Shown here one piece after another: positions 7,378 through 17,251 of a stretch of DNA of 64,000 bases. Positions within the stretch are counted from its first letter, which is position 1; the number at the start of each line of letters is the position of its first letter. Source of the DNA: Candidatus Eremiobacteria bacterium (GTDB lineage: Bacteria; Vulcanimicrobiota; Vulcanimicrobiia; Eremiobacterales; Eremiobacteraceae); assembly GCA_025450855.1 (NCBI GenBank), contig JANWLL010000075.1:609-64608 (forward strand). The letters are read 5' to 3'. Both the position numbers and the translations under genes were made by a program. Under the pieces are notes generated by a model, which saw only the letters and a list, made by a program, of their open reading frames with translations, had not been told where the DNA came from and made no database searches.

Positions 7378-8997
7378 TCAGAACAGATCGTCGCCGAGGA
7401 CGTCGGCCGCGAGGGCGAGGCCGGCGGGCGCCTTCGTCTGCTGCGAGGCCACGGGCGTCGGCGAGATGACGAAGCGCACCTGCGGATGGGCGCCGCTCGC
7501 TTCCGCGATCGCCTCTGCGACGAGCTTGCTCATCGCGGCATCGGCGAGTCTATCGCGATTGTACTTATCGTCGACCCCGATGGTGACAAGCTCGTCCGAT
7601 GCTTCGGCGACGACCGCGTGCTGGAGGTGGCCGAAGGCCTGCATCGATCGTCCCCGAGCCGCGGTGAGGACCATCGGCCAAAGACCGGCAAGGCGCGCGG
7701 CGCTGATCGAGGCGACCGCCGGCTCGGCCCGCTTCGGCTCTTTCTTCGCGGCGCGCGCGCCCAAGCCCGACCCGGACGACTCCGGTGCCGGAGACGCGGG
7801 TGGCGCGTTCGCGGGGGGCGCGCCGCTGCCCGAGCGCTCTTCAAGCAGACGCAATCGATCCGACAACGCGCGCAGACTCAAGTCGTCGGACGGCAAGATG
7901 ATGCGCGCGAGCGCGAGCTCGAGATCGATCCGCGGCTGGGGCGAGAAACGCAACGCGGCCGTCTCCGACAGATAGCGGAGCGCGGTGAGCACCTTCGCGC
8001 GACCGACTCTCGCCGCACGCTCGTCGACGGCGACCGCTTCTTCCGGCCCGACCTCGGCTTCGACGAGTCCGCGACCCGCGAGCGAGAGCAGCGCGAGCCG
8101 GAACCAGCGCAAGCATTCTTTCGTGAGCCAAGCCGGGTCCGCGCCGACTGCAGTGGCATCGGCGACCGCGCGCAGCGCCTCGCCGGCATCGTTCGCCGCG
8201 ATCGCGTCGACGATCCGTTCGACGAGCTCGCGGTGCGACGCGCCGAACGCGTCGTCGAGGACGGTGTCGTCGATCTTGGCACCGCCTGCGAAGCCGCGCG
8301 CCTGGTCGAGCATGACGAGCGCATCGCGCAGCGCGCCGTCGGCGAGGTACGCGAGCCTCTCGACGGCTTCCGGCGAGATCTTTATCTTCTCCAAGGTCGC
8401 GACTTCGGTGAGCCGCTTGCCGATGTCGGCCGGGGTCATGCGCCGGAATTCGTAGCGCTGACAGCGCGAGAGGATCGTCGCGGGAACCCGGTGCGCCTCG
8501 GTCGTCGCGAGGACGAAGACGACGTATTCCGGCGGCTCTTCGAGCGTCTTGAGGAGCGCGTTGAACGCCTCGCTCGTGAGCATGTGCACTTCGTCGACGA
8601 TGTAGACCTTCGTCCGGAATTGCGCCGGCGCGAACCGGACGCGTTCGCGCAGCTCGCGGATCTCGTTGATGCCGCGATTGCTCGCAGCATCGATCTCGAC
8701 GACGTCGAACGCGGTCCCCTCGGTGATCGACACGCATGCCTCGCAGATGCCGCACGGGTCCGGTCGCGGCCCGTTCGTCAGGCAGTCTAGACATTTGGCC
8801 AGGATGCGCGCCGCGGAGGTCTTGCCCGTGCCGCGCGGTCCGGCGAACAGGTATGCGTGTGACACGCGTCCGGTCTTGACCGCAGCTTGAAGTCCTTGGA
8901 CGACTGCGGGCTGGCCTACAAGCGCATCAAAACCCGCAGGTCTATGCTTGCGGTAAAGGGCGAGCCCGTCTTGGGACACCGATTCTGGCACGCTCAC
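7378..8997 (-). CDS. dnaX: DNA polymerase III subunit gamma/tau
   Basis: LYRKHRPAGFDALVGQ, Walker A GPRGTGKTS, zinc module CLDCLTNGPRPDPCGICEAC and SRCQRYEF. The start is uncertain: GTG candidates at 8997, 8991 and 8979. The track ORF to 9204 adds an implausible N-terminus. Confidence 0.88.
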   Translation of the reverse strand: MSVPESVSQDGLALYRKHRPAGFDALVGQPAVVQGLQAAVKTGRVSHAYLFAGPRGTGKTSAARILAKCLDCLTNGPRPDPCGICEACVSITEGTAFDVVEIDAASNRGINEIRELRERVRFAPAQFRTKVYIVDEVHMLTSEAFNALLKTLEEPPEYVVFVLATTEAHRVPATILSRCQRYEFRRMTPADIGKRLTEVATLEKIKISPEAVERLAYLADGALRDALVMLDQARGFAGGAKIDDTVLDDAFGASHRELVERIVDAIAANDAGEALRAVADATAVGADPAWLTKECLRWFRLALLSLAGRGLVEAEVGPEEAVAVDERAARVGRAKVLTALRYLSETAALRFSPQPRIDLELALARIILPSDDLSLRALSDRLRLLEERSGSGAPPANAPPASPAPESSGSGLGARAAKKEPKRAEPAVASISAARLAGLWPMVLTAARGRSMQAFGHLQHAVVAEASDELVTIGVDDKYNRDRLADAAMSKLVAEAIAEASGAHPQVRFVISPTPVASQQTKAPAGLALAADVLGDDLF

Positions 8998-9190
8998 CGT
9001 TTTCTCGCGCTGTTTTGACCATTCCCGCAGACGTTGTGGACGAGCGCGGTGAACGAAAAAGTAGGTTTCAACGTAAATAGAGAAGGGAATGGATGTCATA
9101 GGCGGGTTCGATCGCCACCAGGGCCACGGTTCTCCAGTATAAAGGAACCGGGTCTCGTCATCTTCCACGCGAGGAAGCCAAGCGACAGTC

Positions 9191-10864
9191 ATGTCAGTCG
9201 ACATCGACCTGAACGAAGCGCTGGTCCGCCACTTCGGGTACGGCCGTTTCTATCCCGGCCAGGAACATGTCATCGAGCGCGTCATGGAAGGCAAAGACAC
9301 GCTCGCGATCCTCGCGACCGGCGCAGGCAAGTCGCTCTGTTATCAATTGCCCGCGCTGCTTTTGCCTGGCACGACCGTCGTCGTCTCCCCGCTCATCGCG
9401 CTCATGAAGGATCAGCTCGACATGCTCGCCGCGGCCGGCATCTCGAGCACCGTCGCGCTCAACAGCACGCTTTCCGACGAACAAGAGACCGATCACCTCG
9501 AACAGGTCGCGCGCGGTAATCTCAAGCTCATCTACGTGACGCCGGAACGTCTCGAGGACGAGAGCTTCGTCGACATCCTCAAGCGGCTGCACGTGCCGCT
9601 GTTCGTCGTCGATGAAGCGCACTGCATCTCGCAGTGGGGTCACGATTTCCGCCCAGCCTATCTCAACCTCGGCCGCGTGATAGCGGCGCTTGGCCACCCG
9701 ACCGTGCTCGCTTTGACCGCCACGGCGACGCCCGCCGTGCGCGAAGATATAGTCACGCAGCTGGGCATCCCGCACACGAAGCCGATCGTCCGCGGATTCG
9801 ATCGTCCGAACCTCGTCTACGAGGTCATCCGCGCGTCGAACGATGACGAGAAGCTGCGCGTCCTGCGCAAGAAAGTCGAAGGCCAGCTCGCGGGCCAGCT
9901 CGGCATCATCTACACCGCGACGATCAAGAACACGTACACGGTGTCGGAATATCTCGGCACGCATTGCGGCGTCGAGGCGGAAGTCTACCACAGCAAGTTG
10001 CAGAAGGCGGATCGCGATCGCGTCCACGACCGCTTCATGAACGAACAAGTCAAGATCGTCGTCGCCACCAACGCGTTCGGCCTCGGCATCGACAAGGCGA
10101 ACATCCGCTTCGTCATCCATTACGATCTGCCGGGCAGCGTCGAAGCATATACGCAGGAAGCCGGCCGCGCCGGACGCGACGGCGACGAATCGCTCTGCTT
10201 GCTGCTCTACCGCCAAAGCGATACGCGCGTCCAGAACTACTTCTTGACCGGCAAGTATCCCGACGTCGAAGAGGTGCAAAAGGTCTTCGGCACGCTGCAG
10301 TATTTCGAGCAGCAGCAGAACGGCGTCTCGCTATCCGATTTGCGCAAGATCTCGCTGCTGCCGCTGACGAAGCTCAAAGTCATCCTCGCGCTGCTCAAGA
10401 AGGGCGGCTTCATCCAAAACGTCACGAAGGCGACGTACGGACTGGCGCCGCGGCTCAAGACCCAATCGGAGCTCCAGCTCAACCTCGCGAGCTACGAGAC
10501 GAAGCGCTCGTACGATCAGAGCAAGCTCGCGATGATGCTCCAGTACTGCGAGACCCGCAGCTGCCGGCGCAAGTTCATCCTCAACTACTTCGGCGAGGAT
10601 TACGACCTGCCGAACTGCGGTGCGTGCGACAATTGCCGGAGCGGGGTCACGGCGCTGCAGAACGTGGCGGTCGCCGGCGGCGAGACTGACGACGACGCGG
10701 AGTTCGGCGAGTTCCGCATCGGCGACGTCGTCTACCACCGCAAATTCGGCCAAGGCACGGTCGAGCGATTCGAACGCGATCTCGTCACCGTGCTCTTCCC
10801 GAGTCACGGCTATAAGACGCTGCTCGCGGCGGCCGTGAGCCGCGAGGAACAGCAGATCGCCTAG
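9191..10864 (+). CDS. recQ: ATP-dependent DNA helicase, RecQ family
   Basis: GYGRFYPGQEHVI, ATGAGKSLCYQLPA, the DEAH box VVDEAHCISQWGHDFRPAY, and a zinc-binding CRRKFILNYFGE...CGACDNC. The C-terminal end is small and Tudor-like (FRIGDVVYHRKFGQGTV). Confidence 0.9.
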   Translation: MSVDIDLNEALVRHFGYGRFYPGQEHVIERVMEGKDTLAILATGAGKSLCYQLPALLLPGTTVVVSPLIALMKDQLDMLAAAGISSTVALNSTLSDEQETDHLEQVARGNLKLIYVTPERLEDESFVDILKRLHVPLFVVDEAHCISQWGHDFRPAYLNLGRVIAALGHPTVLALTATATPAVREDIVTQLGIPHTKPIVRGFDRPNLVYEVIRASNDDEKLRVLRKKVEGQLAGQLGIIYTATIKNTYTVSEYLGTHCGVEAEVYHSKLQKADRDRVHDRFMNEQVKIVVATNAFGLGIDKANIRFVIHYDLPGSVEAYTQEAGRAGRDGDESLCLLLYRQSDTRVQNYFLTGKYPDVEEVQKVFGTLQYFEQQQNGVSLSDLRKISLLPLTKLKVILALLKKGGFIQNVTKATYGLAPRLKTQSELQLNLASYETKRSYDQSKLAMMLQYCETRSCRRKFILNYFGEDYDLPNCGACDNCRSGVTALQNVAVAGGETDDDAEFGEFRIGDVVYHRKFGQGTVERFERDLVTVLFPSHGYKTLLAAAVSREEQQIA

Positions 10865-10865
10865 C

Positions 10866-12524
10866 GTGACGGCAGCACGGGCGACGCAACGGCGGTGCGC
10901 GACGGCGCTGCTCGCGGCGCTCGTCGCGTTTGCGGCCGGCGCCGCGGCGCAGCCCGATGCGACGCCGTCGCCATCTGCCACTCCGATTTCGTCCGCATCG
11001 CCCGCTTCGCCATCGCCGCTGCCGAGCGGCGGCTTACCGCTGCCTCCCGTCAGCTCTCCGGTGGCGACGTACGGGCCGATACCGCTCGCGACGCAGACGC
11101 CGGCGCCCGTGACGTTGGCCGCTGCATCTTATATCGTGCCGCTCGGTCATATCGCGCGCATTCCCGTCGTGTCGCCGCCGAGCGGTATCTTGACGTTGAC
11201 CCTCTCCGATCCGAACGTCGCCTCCGCGGTGTTCAACGGCATCGACCGTACGATCGATGCGACCGGCCTGCATCCGGGAACCGCCGCGCTGACCGCGTCG
11301 GATCAGTATGGCCAGACGGCGACGGTTTCGATAACCGTGCAGCCGTACGCGGGCAGAGCGGCTTCGTCGACGCAGGTGACGATCACCGGCGATCCGGCGT
11401 CGGCCGATTTCGTCGCTGAGATGGCCGCGCAAGCGGCGTTGCGCGTCGCGTATCCCGTGCAGGGCGCCACGGTCGCCGCACCATCGATCGGCGTCGCCGA
11501 TGCGCACACGCTCGAAGCCGACAACACGACCGTCGTCCACGTGCCCGTTTCGATGACCGGTGCAGGCTTATACCCGTACGCCCAGACGGTGGCGGTGTCG
11601 GTCGTCAATCTCGCGCAGCCGCACGTCGATCCGAAGTTCTTGCTCGTGTCCGATTTCCCGGAGACGATAACCGAGGACGGCACGCTCTTCTACGCCGACG
11701 TCAATTACGACGAACCCGCGCGCTTGTTGTACTATCACTACGCCGATCGCGGGGCGCCGCTGCGGCGCGTCACGGTGAAGGTGCAGAACAACGGGCTTGT
11801 CTCGAGCCTGATACAGCTCACAGCCGGCATCGCCGGGCCAGACCCGAACGTGCTCGCGGTCGGTCACGCGTCGACGCTGCGCTTCTTGAAGCAAGAGGCG
11901 AATGACGAAGGGCAGATATTCGAAATTCCGCCGCATGCGACGCTCAACGTCATCGAGCAGCTGCTGCCGCCGGTATCGCTCGTGAGCGGCCTCATGGCGG
12001 TGCGCGTCGTCGAGGGCGACGGCGTTCGTATCGCGGTCGTCGTGCAAGATGCGAGCGACTCGCCTGTCGAACCGATCTCGGACACGTTGTTATCGAGCGT
12101 GGTCCACCACTCGCGTGGCGTTTACGAGGTCCCCGATTTTTCGTACGACGAGGCGTATACCGTCGGCGATGATCCGACCGTGCTCCACATCGGCAAGCTG
12201 CCGCTGCCGAATCTCGTACAAGGCGAGGTGCTCGGCGGTGACTACGGCGTCAAGCAATCGGCGACAGTGACGCTGCTGAACACCGGCGATGCGGACGCGA
12301 ACGTCGGCATGTGGCTACAGCCGCGAGGCGGCCGCGCGACCGCGACGTTCATCATCGACGGGGATCTCGTCGAGATGAAGGCGACAGACCCGGGGCGCTT
12401 CGCGCTGGTCCGCACGTTCCCAGTGCCGGCGCACGGCTTTCGCCGAGTCGAAATCGTGACGATGCCGGAAGGCGGCTCTTCGTATCCGGTCAACGTGCTG
12501 TTCTCGTCGAACGCACCGAACTGA
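10866..12524 (+). CDS. Hypothetical exported protein with a Pro/Ser-rich linker and an Ig-like (Big_2-like) segment
   Basis: Signal-like N-terminus RRCATALLAALVAFAAGAAAQ. TLTLSDPNVASAVFNGIDRTIDATGLHPGTAALTASDQYGQTATVSITV resembles bacterial Ig-like domains. I do not recognise the remaining ~350 aa. Confidence 0.5.
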   Translation: MTAARATQRRCATALLAALVAFAAGAAAQPDATPSPSATPISSASPASPSPLPSGGLPLPPVSSPVATYGPIPLATQTPAPVTLAAASYIVPLGHIARIPVVSPPSGILTLTLSDPNVASAVFNGIDRTIDATGLHPGTAALTASDQYGQTATVSITVQPYAGRAASSTQVTITGDPASADFVAEMAAQAALRVAYPVQGATVAAPSIGVADAHTLEADNTTVVHVPVSMTGAGLYPYAQTVAVSVVNLAQPHVDPKFLLVSDFPETITEDGTLFYADVNYDEPARLLYYHYADRGAPLRRVTVKVQNNGLVSSLIQLTAGIAGPDPNVLAVGHASTLRFLKQEANDEGQIFEIPPHATLNVIEQLLPPVSLVSGLMAVRVVEGDGVRIAVVVQDASDSPVEPISDTLLSSVVHHSRGVYEVPDFSYDEAYTVGDDPTVLHIGKLPLPNLVQGEVLGGDYGVKQSATVTLLNTGDADANVGMWLQPRGGRATATFIIDGDLVEMKATDPGRFALVRTFPVPAHGFRRVEIVTMPEGGSSYPVNVLFSSNAPN

Positions 12525-12552
12525 GATGCGGCCGATCGCCTAGTCAAGCAAC

Positions 12553-13542
12553 TCATCGAGGAAAGGCCTCGACTGTGTTTATGATGTGTCCGCCGTGATT
12601 AATTCCGCCCACGGCATAGAGCGTTCTGTTGACGACTCCAACCGCCAAATAACCGCGTCGCGTCGGCATGGGTGACTTGGTGCTCCAGGCGTTCGTCGCG
12701 GGGTCGTAGGCCTCGACTTTACCTATCACGTTATGAGGCGGAACGCTGCTGTATCCACCGATAGCATAGAGTCTGCCGCCGACGACGTCCCCAGCCAAAC
12801 CGGTACGGGCGGTCGGCATCGACGCCATTGTAGTCCAACTGTCCGTCGCAGGATCATAGGCCTCGACGGTACCTAACTCTATCTGACCGACACCATCGCC
12901 GCCAACAGCGTAGAGGATGCCTTTGACGCCGCATACCGCTAGGCTATCGCGCATCGTTGGCATCGAAGCCTTGGTGCTCCAGCTATTCGTCGAGGGATCG
13001 TACGCCTCGACGGCATTTATCGGGCCGCCGGTATAACCGCCGACGGCGTACAGAACGTTGTTGACCACGCCGACGGCCAGGCTAGAGCGCGGCGTGGGCA
13101 TCGAAGCCTTTGTGGACCACGTATCCGTCGCAGGGTCGTAGGCCTCGACGGTGCTTAGATTTCCGCCACTGTTGGAGCCGCCGATAGCATAAAGGATGCC
13201 TCGCACGACGCCAACGGCGAGAAAACCGCGTGGTGTCGGCATCGACGCTTTGGGAGTCCAGGTATTCGTCGCAGGGTCATAGGCCTCCACGGTGCTGAGG
13301 TATCCACCGTTAACGCCGCCGACGGCATAGAGTATGCCGTTGACCATCCCGACGCCAAGCCAGTAGCGCGCCGTCGGCATCGGCGCCTCCCCAATCCACG
13401 GGCCTCGAGCCGCGGGAGGAACATTCGCCCGCGCGGCAGGCGAAACGACGCTCGGAATCCCGATTGCGGTTTCGTGCGTGCCAGAGCATCCACCAAGCAG
13501 CCCCGCAATGCCGATGCTCAGGGTGATCAGAGTCTTACGCAT
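12553..13542 (-). CDS. Kelch-repeat lipoprotein (six-bladed beta-propeller)
   Basis: Six repeats of the pattern GILYAVGG...VEAYDPATNTWxxKASMPTxR. Lipobox LLGGC after MRKTLITLSIGIAG. Start trimmed to ATG 13542 with GGAG upstream. Visibly lower GC than its neighbours. Confidence 0.85.
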   Translation of the reverse strand: MRKTLITLSIGIAGLLGGCSGTHETAIGIPSVVSPAARANVPPAARGPWIGEAPMPTARYWLGVGMVNGILYAVGGVNGGYLSTVEAYDPATNTWTPKASMPTPRGFLAVGVVRGILYAIGGSNSGGNLSTVEAYDPATDTWSTKASMPTPRSSLAVGVVNNVLYAVGGYTGGPINAVEAYDPSTNSWSTKASMPTMRDSLAVCGVKGILYAVGGDGVGQIELGTVEAYDPATDSWTTMASMPTARTGLAGDVVGGRLYAIGGYSSVPPHNVIGKVEAYDPATNAWSTKSPMPTRRGYLAVGVVNRTLYAVGGINHGGHIINTVEAFPR

Positions 13543-13725
13543 ATCCGTCTCCGAACGAGGCCTTTGGAGAAAAAGCAAGTCGGCCTCAAGTTGTACCTGC
13601 ACTGAGGGTAGCGGCATTACGAGAGAGCGACCGTTGTCCACCGTTGTTGCTGCTGGATCCAGTATATCACATTCGCAGCGGGAAGCAGGTTGGATACGAC
13701 GCGTTCCATATAGCTCTAGCGGTCG

Positions 13726-15195
13726 CTACGCCATCGTAGGCGGTCCAAACCACGTGGTTAGCGCGTCGGCAAGTCCGACCGCTGTCTTGTCCCCCACCCA
13801 GGCTACATGTCCGTCGGGCCGGATCAACACGGCGGTGGGAGCAATGACCGCCCCGAGTGCCGGAAGCTCCCAGGTACCGGCGTACTTGGCGTCGATCGAT
13901 CGAACGCGATCCGCCCATTTTGTGATGTCGAACCCGCCGGGCTCGTCGAGGTTGAGCAGAATCGGCCAGGCGTCGTTGAGCAGACTGAAGACTCGCAGCG
14001 GGCCGTTCGCGGTGACGAGGTCGAGATCGGGCATGCGTCGCCCGACCAGCGGGTGTCCCTCGCCGAGGTTGTAATGAATGTCCAGGCCGGACATCATCGC
14101 GGCGAATCGTCGACGAGGCTCGTCCATGCAGAGAAGCTCGGACACGGCGTCGCGCAAGGCGTTGACGCGATCGTCTGCGCGGTTGCGAAGCGCGATCTGT
14201 GCCATGTTGTAGCGCAGCACGCGTGCACCGACCGGGTGGCGCTCGGCATGGTAGCTGTCGAGGAGGCTCACCGGCGATGTCTGCTTGACCACCTGGGCCA
14301 GCTTCCAACCCAAATTCACCGCGTCTTGGACACCGATGTTGAGACCCTGGCCACCGACCGGGCTATGCACGTGCGCCGCGTCGCCGGCCAGCAGAACCCG
14401 TCGATTGCGGTAGGCTGCGGCTTGCCGAGCCATATCGGTAAAACGGGAGATCCACGTGGGGCTGTGGATTCCGTAATCGGTCCCACAGACGGCGATGAGC
14501 GCTTCGCTCAATTCGCGTAAGGTGGGTTCACGGTTTGGTCCGAGCTCTTTTTCGGCCACGACGAGCCGCACAGGTCCCCCATCGTCCAACCTGTTGAGGG
14601 CGTAGAAACCGCGAGCGTCGTGGTGGATACCTGATTCCGCTTCCTCGGTCATCTCGGCCTCGGCGATGAGCCAGCTCATCGTCGGATCCCACCCGGGGAA
14701 GTCTATGCCGGCCGCTTTACGGATCAGACTGCGTCCTCCGTCGCACCCGATGAGGTATTGCGCGCGCAGCGACTCGCCGTCGGACAACGCTACGTCGACT
14801 CCGGTATCGTCTTGCGCGAAACCCGTCACGTCACGTCCGCGAAGGACCGGCACCGCCAGCTCTTCGATCCACGCGGCCAGTATGCGCTCGATGTGGTTCT
14901 GCCACAACCCGAGCACGTAGTTATGTCGGGTTGGAAAGTCGCTGATATCCAAAACGGTGTCGGCGAAGTGGACGACCGGATAGGTCTTCCCCTGCGATAG
15001 GAAGCGATCGACGATCCCACGCTGATCGAGAACCTCGATCGTGCGCGAGTGCAGGCCGCCTGCGCGCGACCCGACGATGTCTTGGCTCGTGCGCCTTTCT
15101 ACGATGGCCACGTCGACGCCGGCCAACGCCAGCTCGCCCGCCAACATAAGACCTGTCGGACCAGCTCCTGCGATCACTACCGCTTGCTCGCTCAT
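13726..15195 (-). CDS. FAD-dependent aromatic-ring monooxygenase (PheA/TfdB-like) with a thioredoxin-like C-terminal domain
   Basis: VVIAGAGPTGLMLAGELALAGVDVAIVERR (GxGxxG) and DAAHVHSPVGGQGLNIGVQDAVNLGWKLA. Length of 489 aa is typical of class A flavoprotein hydroxylases. Confidence 0.85.
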   Translation of the reverse strand: MSEQAVVIAGAGPTGLMLAGELALAGVDVAIVERRTSQDIVGSRAGGLHSRTIEVLDQRGIVDRFLSQGKTYPVVHFADTVLDISDFPTRHNYVLGLWQNHIERILAAWIEELAVPVLRGRDVTGFAQDDTGVDVALSDGESLRAQYLIGCDGGRSLIRKAAGIDFPGWDPTMSWLIAEAEMTEEAESGIHHDARGFYALNRLDDGGPVRLVVAEKELGPNREPTLRELSEALIAVCGTDYGIHSPTWISRFTDMARQAAAYRNRRVLLAGDAAHVHSPVGGQGLNIGVQDAVNLGWKLAQVVKQTSPVSLLDSYHAERHPVGARVLRYNMAQIALRNRADDRVNALRDAVSELLCMDEPRRRFAAMMSGLDIHYNLGEGHPLVGRRMPDLDLVTANGPLRVFSLLNDAWPILLNLDEPGGFDITKWADRVRSIDAKYAGTWELPALGAVIAPTAVLIRPDGHVAWVGDKTAVGLADALTTWFGPPTMA

Positions 15196-15323
15196 CGCCT
15201 ACCTTTCGATCTGGATCAAGAGCGCTTCGGTCGGTGATTATAAGGCGCAACGGGGGGCTTGCCACAAGCCTCCGGGTGCGCTGTATAATAGAAGTGGAAA
15301 GGAGTGTTTAGTACCCTCTCCTG

Positions 15324-16367
15324 TTATCCGTCGGATGCGGACGCTAGCGTCGCACGGTAGCAGCCGACTGCTCGGTCGGCGGCCGACGACCACGTGAACG
15401 TCTGTGCTCGTCGGCGGCCCGCCTCCGTGAGGACGGCGTTCGGTGAGCTCATCACCGACGATAGAGCCACCGCGAGACCGCTAGGGTCGCCCGGTTCGAC
15501 GTATGCGGCGCAATCGCCGAGAACTTCTTCCGTCACGGGGATCCGGGCGGCGACGACCGGCAGGCCGCATGCGAGCGCCTGCAGCGGCGGCAGACCGAAG
15601 CCTTCGTAGCGCGATGGGAACACGAATGCTGCGGCGCGCGAGTATAGATCGCGTAATAGTGCGTCGTCGACATACCCGCGAAGCGCTACGCGATCGGAAA
15701 TGCCGAGGCGCACGGCTGTCGCCCGCACTTCATCGGCGTATGGCGTTAGCGGCCCGACCGAGACAAGTCGGACGTCGGAGATGCGCGCGATCGCTTCGAC
15801 TGCGGTGACGAGATCTTTCCGTCGCTCGACTGTGCCCACGCATAGGACGAACGGCGGATCGTCGACGCGGCGTTCTATGTGGAAGAACGGATCGTCGATG
15901 CCAACTCCGGCGACGTGGATTCTGGCGGAGTCGATTTCGAGACCGTCTGCGACGTCGACGCGCGCGGCTTGCGTGTCGACGAGGATCGCGTCGGCGCGCC
16001 GCGCGAGCCGGCGTTGGAAATCGCCGAAATACCAGCGCACGTAGAAGCGGCCGCGATTGACGCCACGCGCCCAAACGAGGTCGTGGAGCGTCAGGATCGC
16101 CGGACGCGTGAGCCAGACCGGCAGCGTACCGCCGGTGAAGTGGACGATGTCCGCTTTTGAACGCCCGGCGAGCGCGGGGGCGCGGATCTGGTCCCAGTAA
16201 AGGCGGCGATCGAATCGCCACAGATCAAAACTATCGTCGCGCAGCTCGACGACGTCGACATCATCGCGTGCTCGAAGCGCCTTGGCAAGACCCGACGCAT
16301 AGACGCCGAGCCCGGTCGGAGTGCCGACCGCGAACTGCGTCTCGAGCGCGACGCGAAGGCGGCTCAA
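15324..16367 (-). CDS. Glycosyltransferase family 4 (GT-B fold)
   Basis: RKDLVTAVEAI...FVFPSRYEGFGLPPLQALACGLPVVAA, the E-x7-E type motif. 4-nt overlap with the upstream TPR gene. Confidence 0.85.
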   Translation of the reverse strand: MSRLRVALETQFAVGTPTGLGVYASGLAKALRARDDVDVVELRDDSFDLWRFDRRLYWDQIRAPALAGRSKADIVHFTGGTLPVWLTRPAILTLHDLVWARGVNRGRFYVRWYFGDFQRRLARRADAILVDTQAARVDVADGLEIDSARIHVAGVGIDDPFFHIERRVDDPPFVLCVGTVERRKDLVTAVEAIARISDVRLVSVGPLTPYADEVRATAVRLGISDRVALRGYVDDALLRDLYSRAAAFVFPSRYEGFGLPPLQALACGLPVVAARIPVTEEVLGDCAAYVEPGDPSGLAVALSSVMSSPNAVLTEAGRRRAQTFTWSSAADRAVGCYRATLASASDG

Positions 16368-17164
16368 TTCTGGTCGTCGCCTCGCACGCCGAGTTGGTCG
16401 AGACCACGTTCGGCGTCGCTCTGGTGGGGGTGGAGGTCGAGCACCTTCTCAAAGGCGACGCGCGCTTCTCGCTTGTCGCCCCACGCCGCCTCGGCGAAAC
16501 CGAGCGAGAGCAAATACCCCTCGTTGAACGGCGCGAGCTGCGACGCGCGCTTGAACGAACGGATCGCATCGGCGTGGTACGCCGCCGCATTCGCTGGATC
16601 ACGCTTCGCTTTCGCCGCTCGATTGTCGAGCCCGCCGATGAGGTAGTCCGCACTCGCTACATCGGCTTGCACCAGCATGCCCGTGCCAAGGCGGCTCGCG
16701 AGCGCGCGCTCGAGGGCGATCGCGTCATCGAAACGCCCTTCGCCGGCGAGCCGGTCGACCGCGCCGCCGACGCGTTCGACGGCGTGTGCGGCGAGATAGT
16801 CGTTGACCGCAATTTCGAAATGGCCGAGGCGGCTCTCCGCATCGCCGGCCTCGGCAGTACATGGCTCGCCGCAGTCGGCGGCTTTGAAGTCGGTGAGCGC
16901 GACGGCGGGTTCGGCGTCGAGGACGGCGCGGCCGTGATCTTCGAGGAGCGCACGCCAATCCGGTTCGAGGCGAAGGCCCCGAACGAAGTCGGATGCGGCC
17001 ATGGCTCGATCGCCGCGCATGTAGGCGAGGTTGCCAGCATCGAGGCACCACCACGCCGCGGCGGGGCGCCACAGCAGTACGACGGCGACAACGATTAAAG
17101 CGAGGATCGCGAGCCAGCGGAGCACGGTGAAAGCGTTAGGGGCGGAGCGGCACGCGACCCCCAA
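16364..17164 (-). CDS. Membrane-anchored TPR-repeat protein
   Basis: N-terminal TM helix WLAILALIVVAVVLLW, then TPR-like repeats (AYHADAIRSFKRASQLAPFNEGYLLSLGFAEAAWGDKREARVAFEKVLDLHP). Confidence 0.6.
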   Translation of the reverse strand: MGVACRSAPNAFTVLRWLAILALIVVAVVLLWRPAAAWWCLDAGNLAYMRGDRAMAASDFVRGLRLEPDWRALLEDHGRAVLDAEPAVALTDFKAADCGEPCTAEAGDAESRLGHFEIAVNDYLAAHAVERVGGAVDRLAGEGRFDDAIALERALASRLGTGMLVQADVASADYLIGGLDNRAAKAKRDPANAAAYHADAIRSFKRASQLAPFNEGYLLSLGFAEAAWGDKREARVAFEKVLDLHPHQSDAERGLDQLGVRGDDQN

Positions 17165-17178
17165 GCGGCAAGGCCGCG

Positions 17179-17206
17179 GCGGTCGAGATAAATCTCGACC
17201 GCTCCC
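17179..17206 (-). repeat. REP-like hairpin, family AGCGGTCGAG-loop-CTCGACCG, copy 2
   Basis: The reverse complement reads GGGAGCGGTCGAGatttatCTCGACCGC, just after the stop of the SLH porin gene. It overlaps an alternative stem, GACCGCTCC...GGAGCGGTC. Confidence 0.7.
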
Positions 17207-17251
17207 TGGCTTCCCAAGGAGCGGTCGTTTTGGTCGAACGTTGCGCGAGGG

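Noticed and set aside
7378-8997. Programmed -1 frameshift site in dnaX (A AAA AAG type)
   Set aside because: No slippery heptamer is seen in the coding strand. The closest string is GCG AAG AAA GAG, which is not a shift site.
9000-9190. Possible SRP (4.5S/ffs) RNA upstream of dnaX, a common synteny
   Set aside because: I found only a small hairpin (CTTCC-acgcga-GGAAG) and a partial GGAAGC-CAAG string. The conserved helix-8 GGAA tetraloop context and the AGCAGCC motif are not present on either strand. A cmsearch would be needed to be sure.
15283-15360. Plus-strand TGTATAAT promoter-like element followed by GGAAAGGAG and an 18-codon GTG mini-ORF
   Set aside because: The GTG directly abuts the Shine-Dalgarno-like sequence with no spacer, and the mini-ORF runs antisense into the 3' end of the GT4 gene. 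The AT-rich elements are more simply the minus-strand promoter region of the monooxygenase gene.
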